From the sequence record SRR2962707_937: DNA of 41,316 nt, one strand, 5' to 3'. The stretch's first letter is position 1; each line of letters begins with the position of its first letter. Below, in pieces: positions 8,481-18,207 of the stretch. Under the pieces are notes generated by a model, which searched no databases, had not been told where the DNA came from, and worked only from the letters and a program-made list of their open reading frames with translations. The translations under genes were made by a program, and so were the position numbers.

Positions 8481-9247
8481 TGGACATGCCAATCTTTCAC
8501 GACTTGAAGGGCGCATCGGTGTTCATCACCGGCGGCGGATCGGGCATTGGTGCCGCACTGACCGAAGGGTTTCTGGCGCAGGGGGCGCGGGTCGGTTTTG
8601 TGCAGCGGTCGGATGCGTCGGAATTTGTCGCAGAGATGGCGGCGAAATATGGAACAGCGCCGCTGTTTGTGCCCTGTGACATCACCGACATGGGCGCGCT
8701 GCGCGGTGCCATCGATCAGGTGACCGTCGCCCATGGGCCGATCACCGTGCTGGTCAACAATGCCGCCAATGATCGCCGTCACACGACGCTTGAGGTCGAC
8801 GAGGCATTTTGGGACTGGTCGCAGGCGATCAACCTCAAGGCGTATTTCTTTGCCGCGCAAGCGGTGATCCCGGGGATGCAGGCCGCTGGGCGAGGTGCCA
8901 TCGTCAATTTTTCGTCGATCAGTTACATGATGGGGAATGCGGGGTATCCGGCCTATACCACGGCGAATGGCGGCATCACGGCGATGACGCGGTCGCTGGC
9001 GCGGGAATTCGGGCCGGACCGCATCCGCGTCAACGCGATTGCACCGGGCTGGGTGATGACGGACAAGCAGCGCGATATGTGGGTCACGCCAGAGGCGCTG
9101 GCCGCGCATCTGGAACGGCAGTGCCTGAAGGACGAATTGCTGCCCGAGGATATCGTTTCGGCGACGCTATTCCTGGCCTCTGGGGCTAGCCGGATGATGA
9201 CGGGGCAGGTGATGGCCGTGGACGGCGGTGTGGTGGTGACAGGATGA
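8480..9247 (+). CDS. SDR-family oxidoreductase (probable aldose/galactose 1-dehydrogenase, XylB-like)
   Basis: TGGGSGIG Rossmann motif, LVNNAAND, NFSS, IRVNAIAPG. The catalytic motif reads YTTAN instead of YxxxK. Confidence 0.85.
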   Translation: MDMPIFHDLKGASVFITGGGSGIGAALTEGFLAQGARVGFVQRSDASEFVAEMAAKYGTAPLFVPCDITDMGALRGAIDQVTVAHGPITVLVNNAANDRRHTTLEVDEAFWDWSQAINLKAYFFAAQAVIPGMQAAGRGAIVNFSSISYMMGNAGYPAYTTANGGITAMTRSLAREFGPDRIRVNAIAPGWVMTDKQRDMWVTPEALAAHLERQCLKDELLPEDIVSATLFLASGASRMMTGQVMAVDGGVVVTG

Positions 9248-10152
9248 ATGCAGTTTTGACATGGATCGCTGCCGACTGGGGCACATCGCACCTGCGAGTC
9301 TGGCTGATGGATGCGGGTGGCGGCGTGATCGAGCGCCGCGACAGCGACGACGGCATGGCGCGGCTTGCGCAAGACGGGTTTGAACAGGCGTTTCTGGCGC
9401 TGGTGGGCGATGCGCTGCCAGCGGGGCAGATCACGCCAGTGATGATCTGTGGTATGGCCGGATCGCGGCAGGGCTGGGTCGAAGCGCCCTATGCCACGGT
9501 GCCTTGCACACCGCCGACGGGCGTTCAGGCGCGGCTGGTGGGCAGCTCTGATCCACGTCTGCGGGTGCGTATCCTGCCAGGGATCAAGCAAGAGCATCCG
9601 GCGGATGTGATGCGTGGAGAAGAGACGCAGATCGCGGGGTTCCTTTCGCTCAACCCCGGGTATGACGGGATCATCTGCCTGCCGGGGACGCATTCCAAGT
9701 GGGTGCATATTTCGGCCGGGGAAATCGTGAGTTTCCGCACCTTCATGACGGGTGAGCTGTTTGCGCTGCTGTCCGGGCAGTCGGTGTTGCGGCATTCGGT
9801 GGCAGCGTCAGGTTGGGACAAAGACGCCTTTGCCGATGCGGTGGATACGGTCATGTCGCGGCCCGAACGCCTTGCGGCGGATATGTTTGGTCTGCGTGCG
9901 GGGGCGTTGTTGCATGACCTGGATGGAGCAACGGCGCGCGCACGTCTGTCGGGGATGCTGATCGGGGCGGAACTGGCTGCGGCCAAGCCATACTGGCTGG
10001 GTCAGCAGGTCGCTATTCTGGGCGCGACGGCGGTTGCGGCACCCTATCGTGCGGCGCTGATGGCGCAGTCGGTCCCGGTGACGCTGGCCGATGCGGACCG
10101 CATGACGCTGGAAGGGTTGAAGGCGGCCCAGGCAACGAAGGAAACAAAATGA
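9244..10152 (+). CDS. dgoK: 2-dehydro-3-deoxygalactonokinase
   Basis: IAADWGTSHLR, GMAGSRQGW, DVMRGEETQ, LPGTHSKW, FRTFMTGE, LSGMLIGAE. Confidence 0.95.
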   Translation: MNAVLTWIAADWGTSHLRVWLMDAGGGVIERRDSDDGMARLAQDGFEQAFLALVGDALPAGQITPVMICGMAGSRQGWVEAPYATVPCTPPTGVQARLVGSSDPRLRVRILPGIKQEHPADVMRGEETQIAGFLSLNPGYDGIICLPGTHSKWVHISAGEIVSFRTFMTGELFALLSGQSVLRHSVAASGWDKDAFADAVDTVMSRPERLAADMFGLRAGALLHDLDGATARARLSGMLIGAELAAAKPYWLGQQVAILGATAVAAPYRAALMAQSVPVTLADADRMTLEGLKAAQATKETK

Positions 10153-10757
10153 ACCGTGAAATCATCGCCATTCTGCGCGGCATTACCCCGCCCGAGGCCG
10201 CCACAGTCACCGAGGCGCTGATTGACGCCGGGATCACCAAGATCGAGGTGCCGCTGAATTCGCCCGATCCTTATGACAGCATCAAGGCGATGCTTGACGG
10301 CTTTGCCCGTCAGGCGACCATCGGTGCGGGCACGGTTCTTGCCCCCGAAGAGGTTCTGCGTCTGGCAAAGATGGGCGCGCATATGATCGTGTCGCCCGAC
10401 TGTAACCAGCGGGTCATCATGGCGACCAAGACTGCCGGACTGCTGTCCTATCCCGGCGTCATGACCCCGACCGAGGCGTTTACGGCCCTGCGCACCGGCG
10501 CGGACGGGATCAAGTTGTTCCCGGGGTCGCTGATCGGGCCCGCGGGGTTAAAGGCCATTGGCGCGGTGCTGCCCAAGGGTACAAAAACCTATGCCGTGGG
10601 TGGCGTGGCCGCAGCCAACTTTGCCGAATGGTTCGCGGCAGGCGCCACGGGATTCGGCATCGGAACGGCGCTTTACGCCCCGGGCCGGTCAGCGAACGAT
10701 ATTGCGGCGCGGGCGCGTGATATGGTGGCGGCCTATGATGAGGGGGCGCTGAAATGA
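10149..10757 (+). CDS. dgoA: 2-dehydro-3-deoxy-6-phosphogalactonate aldolase
   Basis: IIAILRG, IEVPLNSP, IGAGTVL, TPTEAF, IKLFP (Schiff-base Lys), AVGG; adjacent to dgoK. Confidence 0.95.
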   Translation: MNREIIAILRGITPPEAATVTEALIDAGITKIEVPLNSPDPYDSIKAMLDGFARQATIGAGTVLAPEEVLRLAKMGAHMIVSPDCNQRVIMATKTAGLLSYPGVMTPTEAFTALRTGADGIKLFPGSLIGPAGLKAIGAVLPKGTKTYAVGGVAAANFAEWFAAGATGFGIGTALYAPGRSANDIAARARDMVAAYDEGALK

Positions 10758-11602
10758 GCCATCTGATCTACAGCGACACCATCTGCCAGTTGGGCGAAGG
10801 CGCGCTTTGGCATCCCGAGACTCAGACGCTTTATTGGTTCGATATTCTGGGCAAGCGGCTATATTCCCGCGACAGCCGGGGCGAGAGGCATTGGGAATTT
10901 GACCGCATGTGTTCGGCTGCGGGCTGGATCGACGATACCACGCTGCTGATCGCATCGGAGCGTGATTTGTTCACCTTTGACACCAAGACTGGGACCGAAG
11001 CCATAGTTTGCCCGCTTGAGGCGGACAACACCGTCACGCGGTCGAACGATGGCCGCGCCGATCCCTGGGGTGGTTTCTGGATTGGCACCATGGGCAAGGC
11101 GGCCGAACAGGGGGCCGGGTCGATCTATCGGCTATATCAGGGCGAATTGCGCCTGCTTTATCCCGGGATCACCATATCCAACGCAATCTGTTTTGCGCCC
11201 GGCGGGGCCTATGCCTTTTTCGCCGATACGCCGACGGGGATTATCCGCCGGGTGACGCTGGACGGTGACGGCTGGCCAGCATCAAGCCCTGAGGACTGGC
11301 TTGACCTTACCGACGAAGGATTGCGCCCCGACGGGGCCGTCTGTGACGGGCAGGGCAACCTGTGGAACGCCCAGTATGGTGCGGGGCGCGTCGCCTGTTA
11401 TTCGCCCGAGGGTCGGTTCATGACGGCGCTTGGTGTGGCGGCTGCACAGTCCACCTGTCCGGCATTCGGGGGCGCGGATCTGTCCACACTGTTCGTGACC
11501 TCGGCAGCCTTTGGCGCGGCGGACGATGACCCGCTGGGCGGTGTCACCTTTTGTGTGCCGACTGGATTCAAGGGGCAGGCGGCAAACCGGGTCGTGCTGT
11601 GA
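10754..11602 (+). CDS. SMP-30/gluconolactonase family protein (probable galactonolactonase)
   Basis: LGEGALW, RSNDG, ISNAICF, PDGAVCD, CPAFGG motifs. Confidence 0.9.
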   Translation: MSHLIYSDTICQLGEGALWHPETQTLYWFDILGKRLYSRDSRGERHWEFDRMCSAAGWIDDTTLLIASERDLFTFDTKTGTEAIVCPLEADNTVTRSNDGRADPWGGFWIGTMGKAAEQGAGSIYRLYQGELRLLYPGITISNAICFAPGGAYAFFADTPTGIIRRVTLDGDGWPASSPEDWLDLTDEGLRPDGAVCDGQGNLWNAQYGAGRVACYSPEGRFMTALGVAAAQSTCPAFGGADLSTLFVTSAAFGAADDDPLGGVTFCVPTGFKGQAANRVVL

Positions 11603-13554
11603 GCGGTCTGAAACGCACGCTGGGGACCTGCTATTATCCAGAACACTGGCCGCGCGAGGAGTGGGCGCAGGATGCGGCGCGCATGGCGGAGCTGGGGCTG
11701 ACCTGGGTGCGGATCGGGGAATTCGCCTGGAGCCGGTTGGAGCCTTCGCCCGGCGATCTGCAATTCGGCTGGCTGGACGAGGCGATCGAGGTGCTAGGGG
11801 CTGCGGGTCTGCGCGTGGTGCTGGGCACGCCCACCGCAACGCCGCCGCGCTGGATGCTGACGCGGTATCCCAACATGCTGGCCGTCGATGTGCATGGCCG
11901 CCCTCGAGGGTTCGGGTCGCGGCGGCATTACTGTTTTTCCCACGACGGATACCTGAACGAATGCCGCCGCATCACCACCCTTTTGGCCGAGCGGTACGGC
12001 GCGAACCCGTATGTAGCGGCCTGGCAGACGGACAATGAATACGGCTGTCATGATACCACGATCAGCTATTCCTCCGCAGCGCGCGCGGCGTTTGGCGGCT
12101 GGCTGCGCCGCGCCTATCCCGGGGCGGGCAACGATGGCGACATTGCGGCATTGAATGCGGCCTGGGGCAATGTGTTCTGGTCGATGGAATATGGCGACTT
12201 TGACGAAATCGGCCTGCCGAACCTGACGGTGACCGAACCGAACCCGGCGCATGTGCTGGCCTTCCGGCGGTTTTCGTCCGATCAGGTGGTCGCCTTCAAT
12301 CGCGTACAGGTTGACATCATCCGCCAGAATTCTGCCGCGCCCGTCAGCCACAACTATATGGGGCGCGTCACTGATTTCGATCATTTCGACATTGGCAGTG
12401 ATCTGGATATTGCCACCTGGGATAGTTATCCGCTGGGCTTTTTGGAGGATCGCGTCGGGGCCACACCCGAACAGCAGCGACAATATGCGCGGCAGGGCGA
12501 TCCCGATTTTCAGGCGTTTCATCACGATCTTTATCGTGCGGTCGGGGCGGCACAGTGCGCGCATCTGGCGGGCCATGGCCGCTGGTGGGTGATGGAACAG
12601 CAACCCGGGCCGGTCAACTGGGCGCCGCACAATCCCGCGCCGCTGCCCGGTATGGTGCGGCTTTGGACCTGGGAGGCTTTTGCCCACGGGGCAGAGGCGG
12701 TGTGTTATTTCCGCTGGCGTCAGGCCCCCTTTGCGCAGGAACAAATGCACTCGGGCATGCTGCGCCCGGACGGAGTTGAGGCGCAGGCGTTTCACGAGGC
12801 GGCTATGGTGGCGGCAGAGCTGGCCGATGCGCCGGATGTCGCGCAGGCGCAGGCGCGCGTCGGGCTGATCTTTGATTATGTCGCCGAATGGATGTGGCAG
12901 ATTCAACCGCACGGGGCGGGCCTGTGTTATTTCGATCTGGTGTTGGAGCATTACCGCGCGCTGCGCCGTCTGGGCCTGTCGGTGGACATCTTGCCGCCGA
13001 ACGTGCGGGTCTTTGAAGGCTATGCGCTGGTGCTGGCGCCGGGGCTGATGGTGGTGCCGGACGATTTAAAGGCGGCCCTGAATGCCAGTGGGGCGCAGGT
13101 GCTGATCGGACCGCGCACCGCCGCAAGGGACGGGGATTTCCGCATGCCGGTGCCGCTGCCCCCGGCCTGGGAAGGGCTGGATGTGACAGTGTCCCGGGTT
13201 GAGAGCCTGCGCGCCGACATGCCAGTACCGCTCGCCGGTGGCGGGGCGATCACCGGGTGGTTCGAAGAGTTGGAGGGCCGGGCCGATGTTGTCCTGCGCA
13301 CGAATGACGGCGATGCCGTGGCGATGCGTGCGGGCAATGTGACATATATGGGCGGCTGGGGTGATGGCGCGGCCCTGCGGCGGCTGTTGTCCCAGTTGTG
13401 CGGGTTGACGGGGGTTGAGGTGCTGGACCTGCCCGACGGCGTGCGCATCCGCGATACAGGGACCGAACGGTTCTGGTTCAATCATAACGCGCATCCGGTT
13501 GAAACACCCGTGGGGGAATTGCCGGTTGCGGGGGTGGTCAGGTGTTCGGTCTGA
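11599..13554 (+). CDS. Beta-galactosidase, glycoside hydrolase family 42
   Basis: YYPEHWP, RIGEFAWS, LGTPTATPP, DNEY (acid/base), VMEQQ (nucleophile), YFRWR, EQMHSG. Start is probably GTG 11599 (GTGA overlap with the lactonase stop). Confidence 0.95.
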   Translation: MSGLKRTLGTCYYPEHWPREEWAQDAARMAELGLTWVRIGEFAWSRLEPSPGDLQFGWLDEAIEVLGAAGLRVVLGTPTATPPRWMLTRYPNMLAVDVHGRPRGFGSRRHYCFSHDGYLNECRRITTLLAERYGANPYVAAWQTDNEYGCHDTTISYSSAARAAFGGWLRRAYPGAGNDGDIAALNAAWGNVFWSMEYGDFDEIGLPNLTVTEPNPAHVLAFRRFSSDQVVAFNRVQVDIIRQNSAAPVSHNYMGRVTDFDHFDIGSDLDIATWDSYPLGFLEDRVGATPEQQRQYARQGDPDFQAFHHDLYRAVGAAQCAHLAGHGRWWVMEQQPGPVNWAPHNPAPLPGMVRLWTWEAFAHGAEAVCYFRWRQAPFAQEQMHSGMLRPDGVEAQAFHEAAMVAAELADAPDVAQAQARVGLIFDYVAEWMWQIQPHGAGLCYFDLVLEHYRALRRLGLSVDILPPNVRVFEGYALVLAPGLMVVPDDLKAALNASGAQVLIGPRTAARDGDFRMPVPLPPAWEGLDVTVSRVESLRADMPVPLAGGGAITGWFEELEGRADVVLRTNDGDAVAMRAGNVTYMGGWGDGAALRRLLSQLCGLTGVEVLDLPDGVRIRDTGTERFWFNHNAHPVETPVGELPVAGVVRCSV

Positions 13555-13580
13555 CCCTTCGGTGACAGCGTCGCGTTTTG

Positions 13581-14312
13581 TCAGCTTTCCCACAACCTGC
13601 GGCAGATCGCGTCGACAGCGGCATGAAGCATGAGTGTAAGGACGGCTAGAACGATCAAGGCGGCAAACATCAGGTCGATTTTCGCGCGCCCGTTCGCCAG
13701 CAGCATGAGATAACCCAGCCCCCGCGACGCCCCGACCCATTCACCGATGATTGCGCCGATCGGGGCATAGACGGCGGCAAGCCGCAGCCCTGACGCAAAG
13801 CCGGGCATCCCGGCCGGAACGCGGATGCGCCACAGCATACGCAGCGGCGTCGCGCCCATCACCCGGGACAGTTCGAGCCAGCCAGACGGTGTGCGCATCA
13901 ACGCGTCGAAAAAGGCAGAGGTGACAGGGAAGTAGATGATCAAAAGCGCCATCGCGACCTTGGACCACAGCCCGTAGCCCAGCCAAAGCGTGAGGATCGG
14001 CGCAAGGGCAAAGACCGGAATGGCCTGGCTGAAGACCAGCATGGGGCGCAGGACCGAACGTGCGAGAGGAGAGGCAGCCAGCAGGATCGCCGAGGCAAAG
14101 CCGCAGGCCGCGCCTAGTCCTAGGCCAAGCAGAACCTCGATACTGGTGATCAGCGCGTGATCTGCGATCAGCGTTCGGCTGGTCCAGAGGGTGCTAAAAA
14201 CCAGATATGGCCCGGGCAGGATATAGCGGGGCAGTTCGGCAAAGGTGACGACCGCCTGCCAGGCCAGAAGACCCAAAAGCGTGGCACCGGCGACGCGAAC
14301 GACCTGCCTCAT
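13581..14312 (-). CDS. thiX: HMP/thiamine-precursor ABC transporter permease (NitT/TauT type)
   Basis: TauC/SsuC-like permease (ILPGP, SQAIPVFALAP, AIIGEW...GLG) within the thi operon. Confidence 0.85.
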   Translation of the reverse strand: MRQVVRVAGATLLGLLAWQAVVTFAELPRYILPGPYLVFSTLWTSRTLIADHALITSIEVLLGLGLGAACGFASAILLAASPLARSVLRPMLVFSQAIPVFALAPILTLWLGYGLWSKVAMALLIIYFPVTSAFFDALMRTPSGWLELSRVMGATPLRMLWRIRVPAGMPGFASGLRLAAVYAPIGAIIGEWVGASRGLGYLMLLANGRAKIDLMFAALIVLAVLTLMLHAAVDAICRRLWES

Positions 14313-15034
14313 TGCGCGGCCATGAGCCGCCGCAGCAGGCGACCCTGAAAGGCGAGGGTGTCGTCAGCATCGTATGGGCGCGGGATGGGCACCTGCGGGG
14401 GGATGACTGGGGTGATGCCCTGTTGGGTCATGAGCAGGACGTGGTGCCCCAGCCGCGCGGCTTCGGCGGCATCATGAGTGACATGCAGAACGGTACGCCC
14501 GGTCAGCAGTTCCGCCGCCAGATCCTGCATCAGCGCGCGCGACCTTGCGTCAAGGGCCGAAAAGGGTTCGTCCAGCAACACGATTGGCCGATCCTCGACC
14601 AGCGTCCGGGCCAGCGCGGCCCGCTGCCGTTGCCCGCCTGACAGGGCATGCGGCCGCTTGGCGGCATGGTCCGCGAGGCCGACACGTTCCAGAATCGCGC
14701 GCGCGCGGTTCTGTTCGGGCGGCTTGCCCCGTAGGCGCGCGCCAAGGGTGACATTGGCGATCACATCCAACCAAGGCATGAGCAGGTCGCTTTGCGCCAT
14801 CAGCGCCACCCGCCCGCCAAGCGGCGCGCCGTCGCCCGCCGCCCGAACCCCCCTGAAATCGACATTATCGCCAAGGCCGGCAAGCAGCCGCAGGACGGTC
14901 GATTTGCCCACCCCCGAGGGACCGAGCAGGCAGGTCCATTCCCCGGCCGGAACATCAAGCGAAACGTTGCCAAAGATTGCCGTGCCGTCAATCATTGCAC
15001 ACCCGGACAGGTGCAAAGCAGGGGCGGCGTTCAT
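14309..15034 (-). CDS. thiZ: HMP/thiamine-precursor ABC transporter ATPase
   Basis: [30 protein letters not shown]; thi operon context. Confidence 0.85.
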   Translation of the reverse strand: MNAAPALHLSGCAMIDGTAIFGNVSLDVPAGEWTCLLGPSGVGKSTVLRLLAGLGDNVDFRGVRAAGDGAPLGGRVALMAQSDLLMPWLDVIANVTLGARLRGKPPEQNRARAILERVGLADHAAKRPHALSGGQRQRAALARTLVEDRPIVLLDEPFSALDARSRALMQDLAAELLTGRTVLHVTHDAAEAARLGHHVLLMTQQGITPVIPPQVPIPRPYDADDTLAFQGRLLRRLMAAQ

Positions 15035-15702
15035 CCCTTGAGGCCCATGCCCCAGAAGCCCACCTCGAGTCGTGTTGCCGTTTCGAAGCGGGCGCAGAGA
15101 CCGGGCCAGCGCGGGCTTTCCTTGGGGGTGGGTCCCAGACGGCGGGCGACCGACGCGTCAATCAGCGCGCCCACATCGTGGCAAGTGCGTTGGTAGGGCG
15201 TACCAGAATAGGCCGCGATCCAGTCGGCATAGGGGGTCTGCCCGGCCTCATTCGCCAATCTGGTGCCAATCTCTCCATATCCCAGGACACAGGGGGCGAG
15301 GGCGGCCATCAAGTCAAGAAAATCGCCGGAATGTCCGGCATCAAGGACATAGCGGGTATAGGCCAGATTCTGCGGTGCTTCGCGCGCGGCAAACAACTCT
15401 GCCTCGGTGATCCCTTCGGCGGCGCAGGTCCTGACATGTTGCTGCATCTCTTCATCAAGCAGCGCATGCAGGGTGGCAGAGCATATGCGCATCTCTTCCA
15501 GCGTTTCCGCCTTGGTTACTGCCAGTGCCCAGGCGCGACTAAAGTGGACAAGAAACACGTAGTCCTGCACGAGATAGCGCAGGAATGATTTGCGCGGCAG
15601 CGTGCCGTCCCGCAGACCCTGAACAAAGGCGTGGTGGGTATAGTCCTGCCAGACGTCGCAGGCCGCGACCCGCCAAAGCGGAAAGGTGGTGCCGTAAGTC
15701 AT
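15031..15702 (-). CDS. tenA: TenA thiaminase II / aminopyrimidine aminohydrolase (Cys-containing type)
   Basis: YLVQDYVFL, YTRYVLD, LAPCVLGY (catalytic Cys), LEVGFW. Confidence 0.92.
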   Translation of the reverse strand: MTYGTTFPLWRVAACDVWQDYTHHAFVQGLRDGTLPRKSFLRYLVQDYVFLVHFSRAWALAVTKAETLEEMRICSATLHALLDEEMQQHVRTCAAEGITEAELFAAREAPQNLAYTRYVLDAGHSGDFLDLMAALAPCVLGYGEIGTRLANEAGQTPYADWIAAYSGTPYQRTCHDVGALIDASVARRLGPTPKESPRWPGLCARFETATRLEVGFWGMGLKG

Positions 15703-16634
15703 TCTGCCCCCAGATCGAGCGCGAGTTCAGAAACGGGGCGGACCCCGTCGATCAGGCCGGCGTCGTTCAGGAAAGCCTCGAACCGGGCATAGCGGCCTTG
15801 GTCCAATGCTTCGGGTCGCAGGGCAAAGCGCGGGATGGTGTCGGCCCAGGCCTTTTCATTCAGGTCGTCTTGCAATTCGGGCGACGTGGCTGAGAACACC
15901 TCCCAGCTTTCTTGCGGATGGTTGACGATGAACTGCGTCGCTTTTTCTGTCGCAGAGAGGAAGCGGCGGATCAGCCCCCTGTCCATGGTCTGGGGATTGG
16001 CGACATAGATCAGCTCGTCATAGGCGGGCAGACCTTCCTCCTCTGGGTAAAAGCAGCGGCCTGGGACGCCTTCTATTTCCATCTGGTTGAGTTCGAAATT
16101 GCGAAAGGCCCCGATAACGGCGTCGACCTGTCCCGACATGAGAGCGGGCGAGAGCGACCAGTTGACGTTGACGAGTTCGATGTCCTCCATGGTGAGGTTG
16201 TGTGTTCCTAGCATGGTGGACAACAGTGCCTCTTCTACCCCCGCCACGGAGAAGCCGACCGTGCGGCCCGCGAGATCCGCGATTTTGGTGATCGGCCCAT
16301 CCCTAAGCACCAGCAGGCAGTTCAGCGGCGTCGCGACCAGCGTGCCCACCCGGACCAGTGGCATCCCTTCGGCCACCTGAAGGTGAAGCTGCGGTTGGTA
16401 AGAAATCGCAAGATCGGCGCGACCGGCGGCGGCCATCTTGGGGGGATCGGCGGGGTTCGCGGGGGCGATCACCTCAACCTCGATCCCGGCGTCGGCGAAA
16501 TAGCCTTGCTCTTGTGCGATGATAATGGGCCCGTGATCGGGATTCACGAACCAGTCGAGCATAACGGTCATTCTGTCCTGCGCCGCCAGGGGCGTGGCTG
16601 CGACAAGGGCAAAGGCGGTCAGTCTTGCGATCAT
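15699..16634 (-). CDS. thiY: NMT1/THI5-like periplasmic HMP-precursor binding protein
   Basis: Signal peptide from ATG 16634 ([29 protein letters not shown] overlap with thiF), [23 protein letters not shown]. Confidence 0.88.
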   Translation of the reverse strand: MIARLTAFALVAATPLAAQDRMTVMLDWFVNPDHGPIIIAQEQGYFADAGIEVEVIAPANPADPPKMAAAGRADLAISYQPQLHLQVAEGMPLVRVGTLVATPLNCLLVLRDGPITKIADLAGRTVGFSVAGVEEALLSTMLGTHNLTMEDIELVNVNWSLSPALMSGQVDAVIGAFRNFELNQMEIEGVPGRCFYPEEEGLPAYDELIYVANPQTMDRGLIRRFLSATEKATQFIVNHPQESWEVFSATSPELQDDLNEKAWADTIPRFALRPEALDQGRYARFEAFLNDAGLIDGVRPVSELALDLGAE

Positions 16635-17614
16635 TGGGTATCTCCTTGTGGGTCGCCAAGAGCGACGAGGTAAATGTCTCCGTCCCAGATGGAGGAGAGC
16701 CGTTCGGCCGCCTGCCATGATCGAAGACCTGAGCGGCAGCACAGCACAGCGCGCTGGCCGGCCGCTGGAACGGGCCCGTCGGGTCCAAAGGCAGCGACAG
16801 GAAGGCGTCTGGCCGTGGTATGCACAAGCGGTGCCTCCTCCTCTGATCGCAGGTCCACGATGAAATCTGTATCCGCGATTTGCGATGGAGCGAGAAAGCG
16901 GGGCTGGCGGATCGGTTCAGGCGCATCGCCAAAGCGAAATCCGCCAAAGCGGAAGCGCCGCCCATCGAAAGTGACAATCTGGCCCAGTGGAGATGGGTCA
17001 ATTGCGGCCAGCAGCATCACCGCCATCTGCGCCTGAAGTGCACCAATGACGCCGACGACCGGCCCAATCACACCGTCGTCGGCGCAAGACCCCATGCGGT
17101 GCGGCAGTTCAGGGAACACTGCCCGAAGGCTAGGCGCGCCGCCGCAAAAGGCACCGACATAGCCGTCCAATTCGATCACCGACGCGCTGATCAGTGGTCT
17201 GCTGGCTGCATGGCAGGTATCGGACAAAATATAGCTTGCCGCGAAACTATCCGCGCAATCAAGGACCAGATCGACGCCGTCGCAGAGCGCCTGGGCATTG
17301 GCGGGACCGAGAGCTGTGACGACAGGTTCGACGTGGCAATCAGCGTTGAGGGCGGCAACGGCGGTGGCCGCCGCCTTGGCCTTGGGGCTGCCGATATCGA
17401 CCTCACGAAAGAGCGTTTGTCGGTGCAGGTTTGTCACCTCGACCCGGTCGGGATCGACCAGTCGGATGCGCCCGACACCTGCGCCGCCAAGGTATTGCAG
17501 CACTGGCACCGCAAGCCCGCCGGCCCCCACGACAAGGACATGTGCATCGCGTAGGCAAAGCTGACCGGCTGTGCCGAATTCAGGGACGGCGATCTGGCGG
17601 GCATATCGGTTCAT
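16631..17614 (-). CDS. thiF: ThiF/MoeB-family sulfur-carrier adenylyltransferase fused to a C-terminal rhodanese domain
   Basis: RYARQ, VVGAGGL, NLHRQ, DCAD; C-terminal VDLRS...LCCRSGLRS rhodanese loop. Start ATG 17614 (ATGA overlap with thiE). Confidence 0.88.
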   Translation of the reverse strand: MNRYARQIAVPEFGTAGQLCLRDAHVLVVGAGGLAVPVLQYLGGAGVGRIRLVDPDRVEVTNLHRQTLFREVDIGSPKAKAAATAVAALNADCHVEPVVTALGPANAQALCDGVDLVLDCADSFAASYILSDTCHAASRPLISASVIELDGYVGAFCGGAPSLRAVFPELPHRMGSCADDGVIGPVVGVIGALQAQMAVMLLAAIDPSPLGQIVTFDGRRFRFGGFRFGDAPEPIRQPRFLAPSQIADTDFIVDLRSEEEAPLVHTTARRLPVAAFGPDGPVPAAGQRAVLCCRSGLRSWQAAERLSSIWDGDIYLVALGDPQGDTQ

Positions 17615-18207
17615 TGCGTCGCCTCGATCCACTGGCGCATGCGGCCATCGGGGTCGTCGTTCAGGGTGATGTCGGTGACGGCCGCGACGATGTCTGCCCC
17701 GGCCTCAAAGGCCCCCGCCGCGCGCTCGACACTCATGCCGCCGATGGCGACCAGAGGCAGGTCGCCGATCAGCTGCTTCCATTCGGTCAGGCGCGCCAGG
17801 CCCTGCTGTTCCCACTTCATCTTTTTGAGGATGGTTGGGTAAACCGGGCCAAGTGCGACATAGTCCGGTGCCAGCGACAGCGCCCGATCAAGTTCGGCAT
17901 GATCATGGGTGCTGATCCCAAGCTTTAGGCCCGCGCGGCGGATGGCGGGCAGATCGGCGGTGTCCAGATCCTCTTGTCCCAGATGTAGCCATTCACATCC
18001 GGCATCGATGGCGATGCGCCAGTGGTCGTTCACCACAAGAACCGTCCCATGCGTCCGGCACAGCGCCTGTGCCTGCGCCACGATTGGTAGCAGCTCTGAT
18101 TCCTGCGTGTCCTTGATGCGCAGTTGCACCAGTTTCACGCCAAGCGGCAGAGCGCGGTCGAGCCAGCCCAGCCCGTCGAAGATCGGATAGAAACGGTTGA
18201 GGTTCAT
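17611..18207 (-). CDS. thiE: Thiamine-phosphate synthase
   Basis: [38 protein letters not shown]. Confidence 0.95.
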   Translation of the reverse strand: MNLNRFYPIFDGLGWLDRALPLGVKLVQLRIKDTQESELLPIVAQAQALCRTHGTVLVVNDHWRIAIDAGCEWLHLGQEDLDTADLPAIRRAGLKLGISTHDHAELDRALSLAPDYVALGPVYPTILKKMKWEQQGLARLTEWKQLIGDLPLVAIGGMSVERAAGAFEAGADIVAAVTDITLNDDPDGRMRQWIEATQ

